The notes beneath the pieces are model-generated. The model was not told the origin of the DNA. It searched no databases and worked only from the letters and a program-made list of their open reading frames with translations. This document shows, piece by piece, positions 10,657 through 19,007 of a stretch of DNA of 64,000 bases. Source of the DNA: an uncultured Planctomycetota bacterium (GTDB taxonomy: Bacteria; Planctomycetota; Planctomycetia; Isosphaerales; Isosphaeraceae); assembly GCA_963737655.1 (NCBI GenBank), contig CAVTTN010000002.1, positions 160,001 through 224,000 of the forward strand. Reading direction: 5' to 3'. Position 1 is the first letter of the stretch, and every line of letters starts with the position of its first letter. The position numbers and the translations under genes were made by a program.

Positions 10657-11073
10657 ATGGCGGCTCGGGACATCTACCACGACTGCGTCCGGGACGCCCT
10701 GATCCGCGACGGTTGGGTCATCACCCACGACCCGTACAAGGTCGCGATCGGCTTCGATAAGGTCTATGTCGATCTCGGCGCCGAGCAGCCCATCGCGGCC
10801 GAGAAGGACGGACGGAGGATCGCCGTCGAAATCAAGAGCTTTCTCGGCCCGTCGGACGTCTACGACCTGGAACGGGCCCTGGGCCAGTACGTGCTCTACC
10901 GGTCGCTGATGGCGCGTCGCGACCCGGACCGCAAGCTCTACCTGGCCGTACCGGAGACCATCTTCGACGCCACATTCCGCCGCCCGATCGCCGAGATCCC
11001 CGTCGCGGACCTGGAAGTCTGCCTGCTCGTCTTCGACCCCGATGGTCGGGAGGCCATCCGATGGATTCCCTGA
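10657..11073 (+). CDS. xisH: XisH family protein (PD-(D/E)XK nuclease-like)
   Basis: ARDIYHDCVRDALIRDGWVITHDP, VDLGAE, IAVEIKSF, ALGQY..Y, R.LYLAVP signatures. Confidence 0.9.
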   Translation: MAARDIYHDCVRDALIRDGWVITHDPYKVAIGFDKVYVDLGAEQPIAAEKDGRRIAVEIKSFLGPSDVYDLERALGQYVLYRSLMARRDPDRKLYLAVPETIFDATFRRPIAEIPVADLEVCLLVFDPDGREAIRWIP

Positions 11074-11396
11074 ATGACTATCGCCGAATCATCCGGGGCT
11101 TGATTACGGAACACGCGAAGGAGAGTCCCTCGACCGGCGACGTCCACGTCGAGACGATCCTGGACGAGAACAACGACCACTACGAACTGATCTACTCCGG
11201 TTGGGAGGGGCACAAGCGCATCTACGGAAGTGTCCTCCACCTGGATATCCGAGACGGCAAGATCTGGATCGAGCACGATGGGACCTACCACGGCATCGCC
11301 AATGACCTGGTCGAGGCCGGGGTGCCGAAAGACCGGATCGTCCTCGCCTTCAAGCCGCCCGCCATCCGGCCCCTGACGGGCTTCGCCTGCTCCTGA
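11061..11396 (+). CDS. xisI: XisI family protein
   Basis: [47 protein letters not shown]; overlaps xisH. Confidence 0.92.
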   Translation: MDSLNDYRRIIRGLITEHAKESPSTGDVHVETILDENNDHYELIYSGWEGHKRIYGSVLHLDIRDGKIWIEHDGTYHGIANDLVEAGVPKDRIVLAFKPPAIRPLTGFACS

Positions 11397-11428
11397 ACCG
11401 AACCACCCGACCATCACGGATAAAACCC

Positions 11429-12847
11429 ATGTCCACCGACCTCGGCCTCCAAGTCCAGGGCATCAAGGACGACTACAAGTACGGCTTCCGCGACTCGGAT
11501 GCCAACTACTCGTTCAAGGCCAAGAAGGGCCTCTCGCGCGAGGTCGTCGAGCAGATCTCGGAGATGAAGAGCGAGCCCCAGTGGATGCGGGACTTCCGCC
11601 TGAAGGCGCTGGACGTCTTCTGGAAGAAGCCCACCCCGCTCTGGGGCGGCGAGCTCCGCGACCTGAACTACGACGACATCCACTACTACATGAAGGCCGC
11701 CGACCGCCAGGGCGTCTCCTGGGACGACATCCCCTCCGAGATCAAGAACACCTACGACAAGCTCGGCATCCCCGAGGCCGAGCGCCGGGGCCTGATCGCC
11801 GGGGTGGGCGCCCAGTACGAGAGCGAGGTGGTCTATCACTCGCTCCGCGACGACCTCCAGAAGAAGGGCGTGATCTTCACCGACACCGACACCGCCGTGA
11901 GGGAGCACCCGGACCTCGTCCGCGAATACTTCGCCAAGACCATCCCGATCGAGGACAACAAGTTCGCGGCGCTGAACTCGGCGGTCTGGTCGGGCGGGTC
12001 GTTCGTCTACATCCCCAAGGGGGTGAAGGTCGATATCCCGCTCCAGGCGTACTTCCGGATCAACGCCGAGAACATGGGCCAGTTCGAGAGGACGCTGATC
12101 ATCGTCGAGGAAGGCGCGCAGGTCCACTACGTCGAGGGCTGCACGGCGCCGATCTACACGAGCGAGAGCCTGCACTCGGCCGTCGTCGAGATCATCGTCA
12201 AGAAGGGCGGCCGATGCCGCTACACGACGATCCAGAACTGGGCCAATAACATCTACAACCTCGTGACCAAGCGCACCGTCGCCCACGAGGACGCCCTGAT
12301 GGAATGGGTGGACGGCAACCTCGGCAGCCGGCTGACCATGAAGTACCCGGCCGTCCACCTCGTGGGCAAAGGCGCGCGGGGCGAGATCCTCTCGATCGCC
12401 TTCGCCGGCAAGGGCCAGCACCAGGACGCCGGCGGCAAGGTCGTCCACTCGGCCCCCCACACCAGCTCGCGGATCATCTCCAAGAGCATCTCGAAGAACG
12501 GCGGGAGGGCGAGCTATCGCGGCCTCCTGAAGGTCGATCACGGGGCCCACGGCTCGAAGTCCAACGTCGTCTGCGACGCCCTGATCCTCGACCCGATCTC
12601 GCGATCGGACACCTATCCGTACATCGAGATCGACGAGGACGACGTCAAGATCGGCCACGAGGCCAGCGTCTCCAAGATCGGCGAGGAGCAGCTCTTCTAC
12701 CTGATGAGCCGAGGCCTCTCCGAGGCCGAGGCCAGCACCCTGATCGTCAGCGGGTTCATCGAGCCCCTGGTCAAGGAGCTGCCGATGGAATACGCCGTCG
12801 AGATGAACAAGCTGATCCAGCTCCAGATGGAAGGCTCGGTGGGCTGA
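11429..12847 (+). CDS. sufB: Fe-S cluster assembly protein SufB
   Basis: [58 protein letters not shown]-terminus. Confidence 0.98.
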   Translation: MSTDLGLQVQGIKDDYKYGFRDSDANYSFKAKKGLSREVVEQISEMKSEPQWMRDFRLKALDVFWKKPTPLWGGELRDLNYDDIHYYMKAADRQGVSWDDIPSEIKNTYDKLGIPEAERRGLIAGVGAQYESEVVYHSLRDDLQKKGVIFTDTDTAVREHPDLVREYFAKTIPIEDNKFAALNSAVWSGGSFVYIPKGVKVDIPLQAYFRINAENMGQFERTLIIVEEGAQVHYVEGCTAPIYTSESLHSAVVEIIVKKGGRCRYTTIQNWANNIYNLVTKRTVAHEDALMEWVDGNLGSRLTMKYPAVHLVGKGARGEILSIAFAGKGQHQDAGGKVVHSAPHTSSRIISKSISKNGGRASYRGLLKVDHGAHGSKSNVVCDALILDPISRSDTYPYIEIDEDDVKIGHEASVSKIGEEQLFYLMSRGLSEAEASTLIVSGFIEPLVKELPMEYAVEMNKLIQLQMEGSVG

Positions 12848-12882
12848 TCGCGGGCCTCGGGGTCGGGAGGGGAGAACGGACC

Positions 12883-13212
12883 ATGAAGCGGCTCGACATC
12901 GCGCCGGAGATCGAGGCCAACGCTGATCTGGCCGACCTCGTCCGTCGGGCGACGGATCAACTTGAGATCGAGCTGGGTCGGTCGTCCGGTCTCGTCTCGG
13001 CGCGATGGGGGTTGGAGCACGACGAGAAAGGTCGCCCTCTCCTCTCTCTCCAGGTCTCGGACTGGACCGGAAACTCGGAGGCAACCTTCGCTCCGGCGGA
13101 GCTTCGCGACCTGCGTCACCTCGGAGGCAGGATGAATCTGTTGTGGGGCCGACACCTGATGCGGCGGTCGCATCAACTTCTCGAACATATTCAGGAAGGT
13201 TCGGGCTGCTAG
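12883..13212 (+). CDS. Hypothetical protein (109 aa)
   Basis: ATG with GGAG RBS after sufB; globular-looking sequence MKRLDIAPEIEAN...LLWGRHLMRRSH. Confidence 0.7.
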   Translation: MKRLDIAPEIEANADLADLVRRATDQLEIELGRSSGLVSARWGLEHDEKGRPLLSLQVSDWTGNSEATFAPAELRDLRHLGGRMNLLWGRHLMRRSHQLLEHIQEGSGC

Positions 13213-13511
13213 AAATCGCGGGCCCGACGAATTCCGACCGGATCTTGCAGCTGGAAAGATCGGTCTCCGCGCTCACGGAACGGTGCGACAACATTCTCCG
13301 GGGGATCGAACGACACGAAGCGGAAATCTCGGAACTCCGAGATTCGTTCGTTCGTCTGGACAAACAAACCGAGATCCATGCCAGAGATTGGGAGCGATGG
13401 GAGAAGGAGAGCGACCGATCTCAGGGACGGAGATGGGAAATCTGGAAGCTCGTTCTCACGGCTCTCGTCTCGTTCATCCTGGGACTGTTGACCCGCTTCC
13501 TCGGCAAGTGA
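13206..13511 (+). CDS. Small coiled-coil protein with C-terminal TM helix; start uncertain (CTG 13206, ATC 13215 or TTG 13245)
   Basis: Heptad pattern RILQLERSVSALTERCDNILRGIERHEAEISEL followed by hydrophobic IWKLVLTALVSFILGLLTRFL. Confidence 0.65.
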   Translation: MLEIAGPTNSDRILQLERSVSALTERCDNILRGIERHEAEISELRDSFVRLDKQTEIHARDWERWEKESDRSQGRRWEIWKLVLTALVSFILGLLTRFLGK

Positions 13512-13559
13512 ACCGGAAATCACCGACGCCCAGAGGAGTCCGATTGGAAAGGGTCGTCG

Positions 13560-14069
13560 ATGCAAGCGAAACGCTTCACCTTCTTCTGGTCCGGCCCATT
13601 CAGCCAGTGGCACCCCTGCCGGTTCGAGCTGGACGGCCTCGTCTACACTTGCGCCGAGCAGTTCATGATGGAGCAAAAGGCCGTCCTGTTCGGCGATCTC
13701 GAAATGGCGGGAAAGATCCTGGAGGCGAGACATCCGAGGGAGCACAAGGCCCTGGGTCGGAAGGTCCGGGGATTCGACGCGGATCGCTGGACCTCGGAGG
13801 CTCGTGGGGTCGTGTTTCGGGGCAACCTGGCGAAGTTCTCCCAGAATCCCGAGCTGGCCGAGGCCCTGCTCGCGACCCGAGGGACGACCCTCGTCGAAGC
13901 GAGTCCGCTCGACACGATCTGGGGAATCGGGCTGGCGGCGGACGACCCTCGGGCCTCGGACCCTTCCCAGTGGAAGGGGACCAACTGGCTGGGTATCGTG
14001 TTGACCGAGGTTCGCGAGGCGCTGGTGGGGTCCGGCGTCGGGGCCTCCTCGGCCGAATCAACGCGATAG
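13560..14069 (+). CDS. NADAR family protein (YbiA/RibX-like)
   Basis: FSQW..F..Y.CAEQFMMEQKA.LFGD, KALGRKVRGF, AKFSQN, LVEASP.DTIWGIG, GTNWLG. Confidence 0.93.
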   Translation: MQAKRFTFFWSGPFSQWHPCRFELDGLVYTCAEQFMMEQKAVLFGDLEMAGKILEARHPREHKALGRKVRGFDADRWTSEARGVVFRGNLAKFSQNPELAEALLATRGTTLVEASPLDTIWGIGLAADDPRASDPSQWKGTNWLGIVLTEVREALVGSGVGASSAESTR

Positions 14070-14097
14070 AGGCCCGGCAGCCTTGCCCGGGGGATCG

Positions 14098-14562
14098 ATG
14101 GACCAGGACAGCGAACTTCGGAAAGCCAAATGGATCCTCGCCGCGGGATTTGTCTTCCTCGTCTCGTGCTTCTATGCCTATGGTGAGCTCGCCTATCTGA
14201 TCTGGGGCCGGAGCGCCGAGGCGAGACTCACGGAGCCTCCCAAGATCGTGGTGATGAAGTCCCGTCGAGGAGGAGAGACCGAGCAACTGCGGGTCGAGTA
14301 TCGATTCGCCGACGGCGACTCCGACCTCCGGACCGAGGTCGATATGGTCCCGACGGACTGGCCCGTCCCCCGGGAGGGGACCGTGGCGATCCAGTACATC
14401 CCCGGAGACAAATACTCGTCCCGGCTGGTCGGGCATCGCCAGACGGTCTGGCTGGTGATCTTCTTCTTGAGCCTCGCCGCGACGGCCTTTTTCGTCTACC
14501 GGCTCGCGAAAGAGGCCAACGAGCCGATCGGCAAGCGACGGAAACCGTCCCGGTCGCGTTGA
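14098..14562 (+). CDS. Two-TM membrane protein (DUF3592-like)
   Basis: TM, then beta domain (VEYRF..G.VAIQYIP..SRL), then TM. Confidence 0.7.
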   Translation: MDQDSELRKAKWILAAGFVFLVSCFYAYGELAYLIWGRSAEARLTEPPKIVVMKSRRGGETEQLRVEYRFADGDSDLRTEVDMVPTDWPVPREGTVAIQYIPGDKYSSRLVGHRQTVWLVIFFLSLAATAFFVYRLAKEANEPIGKRRKPSRSR

Positions 14563-14615
14563 GACGTCCGCCGAAATCCTGATCCCTCGCCCTCGCTTTC
14601 GAGACCCAACCCGAG

Positions 14616-15956
14616 ATGAGCAGCGCACCCGCGACCCTCCCGGCCCACGCCACCGGCGGCTTTTCCGAATCGGCGTTCGAGACGTTCGCCAAGGGGCGGG
14701 ACGAGCCGTCCTGGCTCCTGGACCGTCGCCGGGACGCGTTCGAACGGTTCGTGGCGTCCCCCTGGCCGACCCTCCGCGACGAGGAATGGCGGCGGACCGA
14801 CATCCGGGCCCTGAAGCTCGGCTCATTCGCCCCGCCCCTGGCCGGCGACCCCTCGGCCGAGGCCCGATCGTCCCTGAACTCGACCTGGGAGGGCCTCCGG
14901 GGCCGGTACGGAGCCGGGATCGAGCACGTCGATGCGAGGCCGACCCGCTCGGCGGTCGCGGGCGCACTGCCCTCGGGCGTGGTCTTCGCCGACCTGGCCA
15001 CCGCCTCCCGAGAGCATCCGGAGATCCTCGAACGATACCTCCTGACCCGCGCCGTCGAGCCCGGCGCCGATGCCCTTTCCGCCCTCCACTCGGCGTTCTG
15101 GACCGGCGGGGTCCTGCTCTTCGTGCCCAGGGGCGTGAAGGTGGACTTGCCCCTGTTCAGCCTCGTGGGGATGACCGGCGAGGGCTCGGTGGACATGAAC
15201 CATACCCTGGTCGTCCTCGAAGAAGGCGCCGAGGCCACCCTGGTCCAGGAGACGGCCTCGCGAGGTCGAGGCGAGGCGGCCGGGCTCCACGCCGGGGCCG
15301 TCGAATTGATCGTGGGTCCGGGGGCCCGGCTCCAGTTCGTCAACATCCAGAACTGGGACGCCTCGACCTGGCACTTCAGCCGGGAGCGGGCCCTGGTGGA
15401 TCGCGACGGCTCGCTCCAGTGGACCGTCGGCGGCCTGGGCGGGCGGCTCGCGAAGGTGAATCAGGAGGTGGCGCTGGTCGGCGAGGGGGCGTCCGCCCAG
15501 GTCAACGGGGTGATGTTCACCGCCGGCAAGCAGCACCTCGCGTACTTCACCCGTCAGGATCACATGGCGCCTCACACGACCAGCGATCTCCTCTACAAGG
15601 GCGGCCTCAAGGGCTCGTCCCGGATCGTCTGGAAGGGGATGATTCGCGTCGAGAAGGACGCCCAGAAGACCGACGCCTACCAGAAGAACGACAGCCTCGT
15701 GCTCTCCGATTCGGCCCGCGCCGACTCGATCCCGGGCCTGGAGATCGAGGCCAACGACGTCCGTTGCACCCACGGGGCCACGGCCGGGCCCGTCGATCCC
15801 GAGATGGTCTTCTACCTCCGATCCCGGGGGATCGCCCGCGACGAGGCCGTCCGCCTGATCGTCGAGGGCTTCTTCGCCAACGTCTACGACCGGATCGCCC
15901 TGGAGCCGGTCCGCGAGACCCTCCGCCAGGCCGTGGCCGACAAGCTCGAACTCTGA
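14616..15956 (+). CDS. sufD: Fe-S cluster assembly protein SufD
   Basis: EEWRRTD, TTSDLLYKG, AQKTDAYQ, PGLEIEANDVRCTHGAT, FYLRSRGI. Confidence 0.95.
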   Translation: MSSAPATLPAHATGGFSESAFETFAKGRDEPSWLLDRRRDAFERFVASPWPTLRDEEWRRTDIRALKLGSFAPPLAGDPSAEARSSLNSTWEGLRGRYGAGIEHVDARPTRSAVAGALPSGVVFADLATASREHPEILERYLLTRAVEPGADALSALHSAFWTGGVLLFVPRGVKVDLPLFSLVGMTGEGSVDMNHTLVVLEEGAEATLVQETASRGRGEAAGLHAGAVELIVGPGARLQFVNIQNWDASTWHFSRERALVDRDGSLQWTVGGLGGRLAKVNQEVALVGEGASAQVNGVMFTAGKQHLAYFTRQDHMAPHTTSDLLYKGGLKGSSRIVWKGMIRVEKDAQKTDAYQKNDSLVLSDSARADSIPGLEIEANDVRCTHGATAGPVDPEMVFYLRSRGIARDEAVRLIVEGFFANVYDRIALEPVRETLRQAVADKLEL

Positions 15957-15986
15957 TCGATGAGAGAATCCTGGAGCCCGCCCCAG

Positions 15987-16856
15987 ATGTCTGAACCGTA
16001 TGCCCATCCCGAAGCCCTGGTCACGGCCGATTGGGTCCAGGCCCACCTGGACGATCCCAAGGTCCGGATCGTCGAGACCGACGAGGACGCGGCCCTGTAC
16101 TTCCAGGAGCACATCCCGGGGGCCGTCGAGATCGGCTGGCACCTCCATCTTCAGGACCAGTTGACCCGCGATTACATCGACACCGCCCGGTTCGAGGCCC
16201 TCTGCTCGGCGGCCGGGATCGGCAACGATACGACCGTGGTCTTCTACGGCGACAACTCGAACTGGTGGGCCTGCTACGCCTTCTGGGCGTTCAAGCTCTT
16301 CGGCCACGCCGATTGCCGCATCTTGAACGGCGGGTATGCCTTGTGGAAGGCCGAGGGCCGTCCGATGACCAAGGACGTGCCGAAGTACCCGGCCACCAAG
16401 TACACCGTCCACAAGGCCGATGAGGGCGCGATTCGCGCCCTCCGCGACGACGTCCTGGTCCACTCCGAGGCAAGCGGGGCGATGATCGACGTCCGCAGCC
16501 CCGACGAGTACACCGGCAAGAAGCTTCACATGGAAGGCTACCCCCAGGAAGGGGCCCTCCGAGGCGGCCACATCCCCGGCGCGAAGAACGTCCCGTGGAA
16601 GACCGCCATCAATGCCGACGGCACCTTCAAGCCGGTCGAGGAACTCCGAAAGATCTACGAAGGTCAATGCGGCCTGAAGCCGACCGACGACGTGATCGCC
16701 TATTGCCGGATCGGCGAGCGATCGAGCCACACCTGGTTCGTCCTGACCTACCTGCTCGGCTTCCCGAAGGTCCGCAACTACGATGGGTCCTGGACGGAGT
16801 GGGGCAACCTCGTCCGTGCCCCGATCGCCACGGGCGAGCAGCCCGGCAAGATCTGA
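15987..16856 (+). CDS. Thiosulfate sulfurtransferase (two-domain rhodanese, SseA/CysA-like)
   Basis: [25 protein letters not shown], active-site [21 protein letters not shown]. Confidence 0.93.
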   Translation: MSEPYAHPEALVTADWVQAHLDDPKVRIVETDEDAALYFQEHIPGAVEIGWHLHLQDQLTRDYIDTARFEALCSAAGIGNDTTVVFYGDNSNWWACYAFWAFKLFGHADCRILNGGYALWKAEGRPMTKDVPKYPATKYTVHKADEGAIRALRDDVLVHSEASGAMIDVRSPDEYTGKKLHMEGYPQEGALRGGHIPGAKNVPWKTAINADGTFKPVEELRKIYEGQCGLKPTDDVIAYCRIGERSSHTWFVLTYLLGFPKVRNYDGSWTEWGNLVRAPIATGEQPGKI

Positions 16857-16881
16857 TCTCGAACCCCGGAGCCGACCGACC

Positions 16882-17325
16882 GTGACGCCCGCCCTGGAAG
16901 ACATCGTCCGCGATCTCCGCGAGGCCGACCGCCAGGAGCGGATCGAAATCCTCCTGGACCTGGCGAAGGCTTTGCCCCCCCTGCCCGAGAGGCTGGCCCA
17001 CTTCAAGGACGAGGCCCACCGCGTGCCGGAATGCCAGTCGCCGGTGTTCCTGATCGCCGAGGTCGAGGGGGAGCGCGTGTCCCTCTTCGCCGACGCCCCG
17101 ATCGAAGCCCCGACCGTCCGGGGCTTCGTCTCCTTGCTGATCCAGGGCCTGGACGGGGCGACGGTCGGTGAGGTCCTCTCGGTCCCGGCCGATCTGGTCG
17201 AGCAGTCGGGGATGCCGGAGATCCTCGGGATGCTCCGGGTCAACGGCCTCCACGGCGTCCTCGGACGCCTGAAGGCGATGGTCGCACGAACCGCGAGAGA
17301 GAGCACCGAACCCCGGCCGTCCTGA
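16882..17325 (+). CDS. sufE: SufE family sulfur acceptor
   Basis: LLDLAKALPPLP, RVPECQSPVFL, EAPTVRGF, R.NGL. Confidence 0.88.
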   Translation: MTPALEDIVRDLREADRQERIEILLDLAKALPPLPERLAHFKDEAHRVPECQSPVFLIAEVEGERVSLFADAPIEAPTVRGFVSLLIQGLDGATVGEVLSVPADLVEQSGMPEILGMLRVNGLHGVLGRLKAMVARTARESTEPRPS

Positions 17326-17353
17326 TCCCCTCCCCGATCCCGAGAGACCGCTC

Positions 17354-17653
17354 ATGCCCGACCAAGAGACGATCCTGACGGCCCTCCGCACGGTGAAGGA
17401 CCCGGAGTTGAACGTGAACGTCGTGGACCTCGGCCTGGTCTACACGATCCAGAGCCGAGAGGACGAGGTCGATGTCGAGATGACCCTGACCACCCCGGCG
17501 TGCCCCGCCGGCCCGCAGATCCTCCGCGACGCCCAGGGGGCCCTGGAGAAGATCGAGGGGGTCACCAAGGCGAATGTGAAGCTGGTGATGTCGCCGCCCT
17601 GGTCGCCCGACAGGATGAGCGACGCCGCTCGGGACGAGCTCGGGATCTTCTGA
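17354..17653 (+). CDS. DUF59/SufT metal-sulfur cluster assembly factor
   Basis: VKDPELNVNVVDLGLVY, MTLTTPACP, PPWSPDRMS. Confidence 0.93.
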   Translation: MPDQETILTALRTVKDPELNVNVVDLGLVYTIQSREDEVDVEMTLTTPACPAGPQILRDAQGALEKIEGVTKANVKLVMSPPWSPDRMSDAARDELGIF

Positions 17654-17933
17654 GAAGGCCGGCCGCTCCGGCTTGCCTAGTCTTTCCCGCGACGGCCGGA
17701 CCCGACGCCGCATGGTCGAAGAAAGCCGGCGAGAACGATCCGGCCGACCGTCCCGGTCCCGGTCGATCGATCCCGAGATGCTGGATGTTCGGGATCGACC
17801 TGGGTATTTCGGCATCGTCGTGGCGAAATCATCTTGGAGAGCGACCTCCGTCGTGTCATGATCCAAGGATGGCCGGGCACATCGACGTGCCACCCCAGCA
17901 ACCGCGGAACGATCCACCGTCGGACGAATTTCG

Positions 17934-17961
17934 TTGACACGGTTGGGTCGCCGAATAGTAT
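17934..17961 (+). promoter_or_regulatory. Sigma70-type promoter
   Basis: TTGACA-N16-TAGTAT about 80 bp upstream of the XRE/S24 gene. Confidence 0.55.
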
Positions 17962-18039
17962 AAGCCTTTTTCTACCGCCCGGGCGGCGGGTCCTGGCTTC
18001 GGGTTGGGCCTTCTCAGGCCCGTACCAAGGGGGCGCGTC

Positions 18040-18849
18040 GTGGCTCGAAAGAAGACTCCTACGATCCGGGTGAACGTCAAAGCCCAGATCTCCGGCCGGC
18101 TGCGGGAGATCCGCCAGGAATTATTTGGCGAACACGGCGGCCCCGAGCTGGCGCGCCGCCTGAACCTTCCGGCGCGGACCTGGTATAATTACGAGACCGG
18201 GGTCACCGTCCCGGCGGAGGTCCTCCTGAGCTTCATCGACCAGACCGGCACCAATCCGGTCTGGCTGCTCAGCGGTCAGGGGCCGAAGTATCGCCGGGGC
18301 CTGGAGGATTCCCTCCTGGACGACCTGACCCCTCAGGAACTCATCCGACGAGGACTGGAGAAGCTGGAGCAAACGCCCAACGAGGTCGTCCTCGTCGCCC
18401 CGGACAACCTCCCGGCCGATAGCATCAGCGACTTCATCGCCGTGGACCTCATCCCCCTGACCGAGTTAACGGCGCCTGTGGGTCAGCCGACCCGTTGCGA
18501 CGGCCATATCCTCGCCTATCGCCAGTGGATACCCCATCCCCGGCAGACGGTCGCCGTCCGTCTCGAAGATGACGCGATGACGCCCATCTTGCCGGCCGGC
18601 TCGGTCGTGGCCATCGACCGGGCGATCCGAGACCCGCACCTCCTGCAGGGCCGCCTGGTCGCCGCCCGTCACGACCGCCTGGCGATGGTTCGATGGCTGG
18701 AGATCACGGGTCGCCACATGATCCTCCGGCCCAACCTGTCGAGCCGCGACCACCCCCTGATCCCGATCGAGCTGGGCAGCGACGGCTCGGGGACCGACGC
18801 GGTCCTCGGTCAAGTGGTCTGGTCCTGGAGCCGATTCGCCACGCCCTGA
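18040..18849 (+). CDS. XRE-family HTH regulator with degenerate S24 (LexA/CI-like) C-terminal domain
   Basis: RLREIR..PELARRLNLPARTWYNYETG; DDAMTPILPAGSVVAID; VLGQVVW. Confidence 0.8.
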   Translation: MARKKTPTIRVNVKAQISGRLREIRQELFGEHGGPELARRLNLPARTWYNYETGVTVPAEVLLSFIDQTGTNPVWLLSGQGPKYRRGLEDSLLDDLTPQELIRRGLEKLEQTPNEVVLVAPDNLPADSISDFIAVDLIPLTELTAPVGQPTRCDGHILAYRQWIPHPRQTVAVRLEDDAMTPILPAGSVVAIDRAIRDPHLLQGRLVAARHDRLAMVRWLEITGRHMILRPNLSSRDHPLIPIELGSDGSGTDAVLGQVVWSWSRFATP

Positions 18850-19007
18850 TCTCCCGGGGCCGGCCGGTCTGACGAGGAATTCCTCGGTCCTCCCTTGCCT
18901 CGGGGCCTCGGGCCGAGGAAGGTGGGGCCCGGATCGAGGGACTCCCCGCCGTCGTTCCGATCGCCGGGCGCCGCCCCTGGCCCGCGATCCGACCCCCGGA
19001 CGTTTTC

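Noticed and set aside
10645..14615. Integron cassette array in the suf operon
   Set aside because: No attC-like repeats between the passenger genes and no integron integrase.
15987..16856. Rhodanese as the dedicated cyanide self-resistance gene for hcnBC
   Set aside because: It lies over 30 kb away inside the suf operon next to sufE; nothing in the sequence links the two loci.
18040..18849. Prophage repressor marking a prophage
   Set aside because: No phage structural, replication or integrase genes in the flanks.
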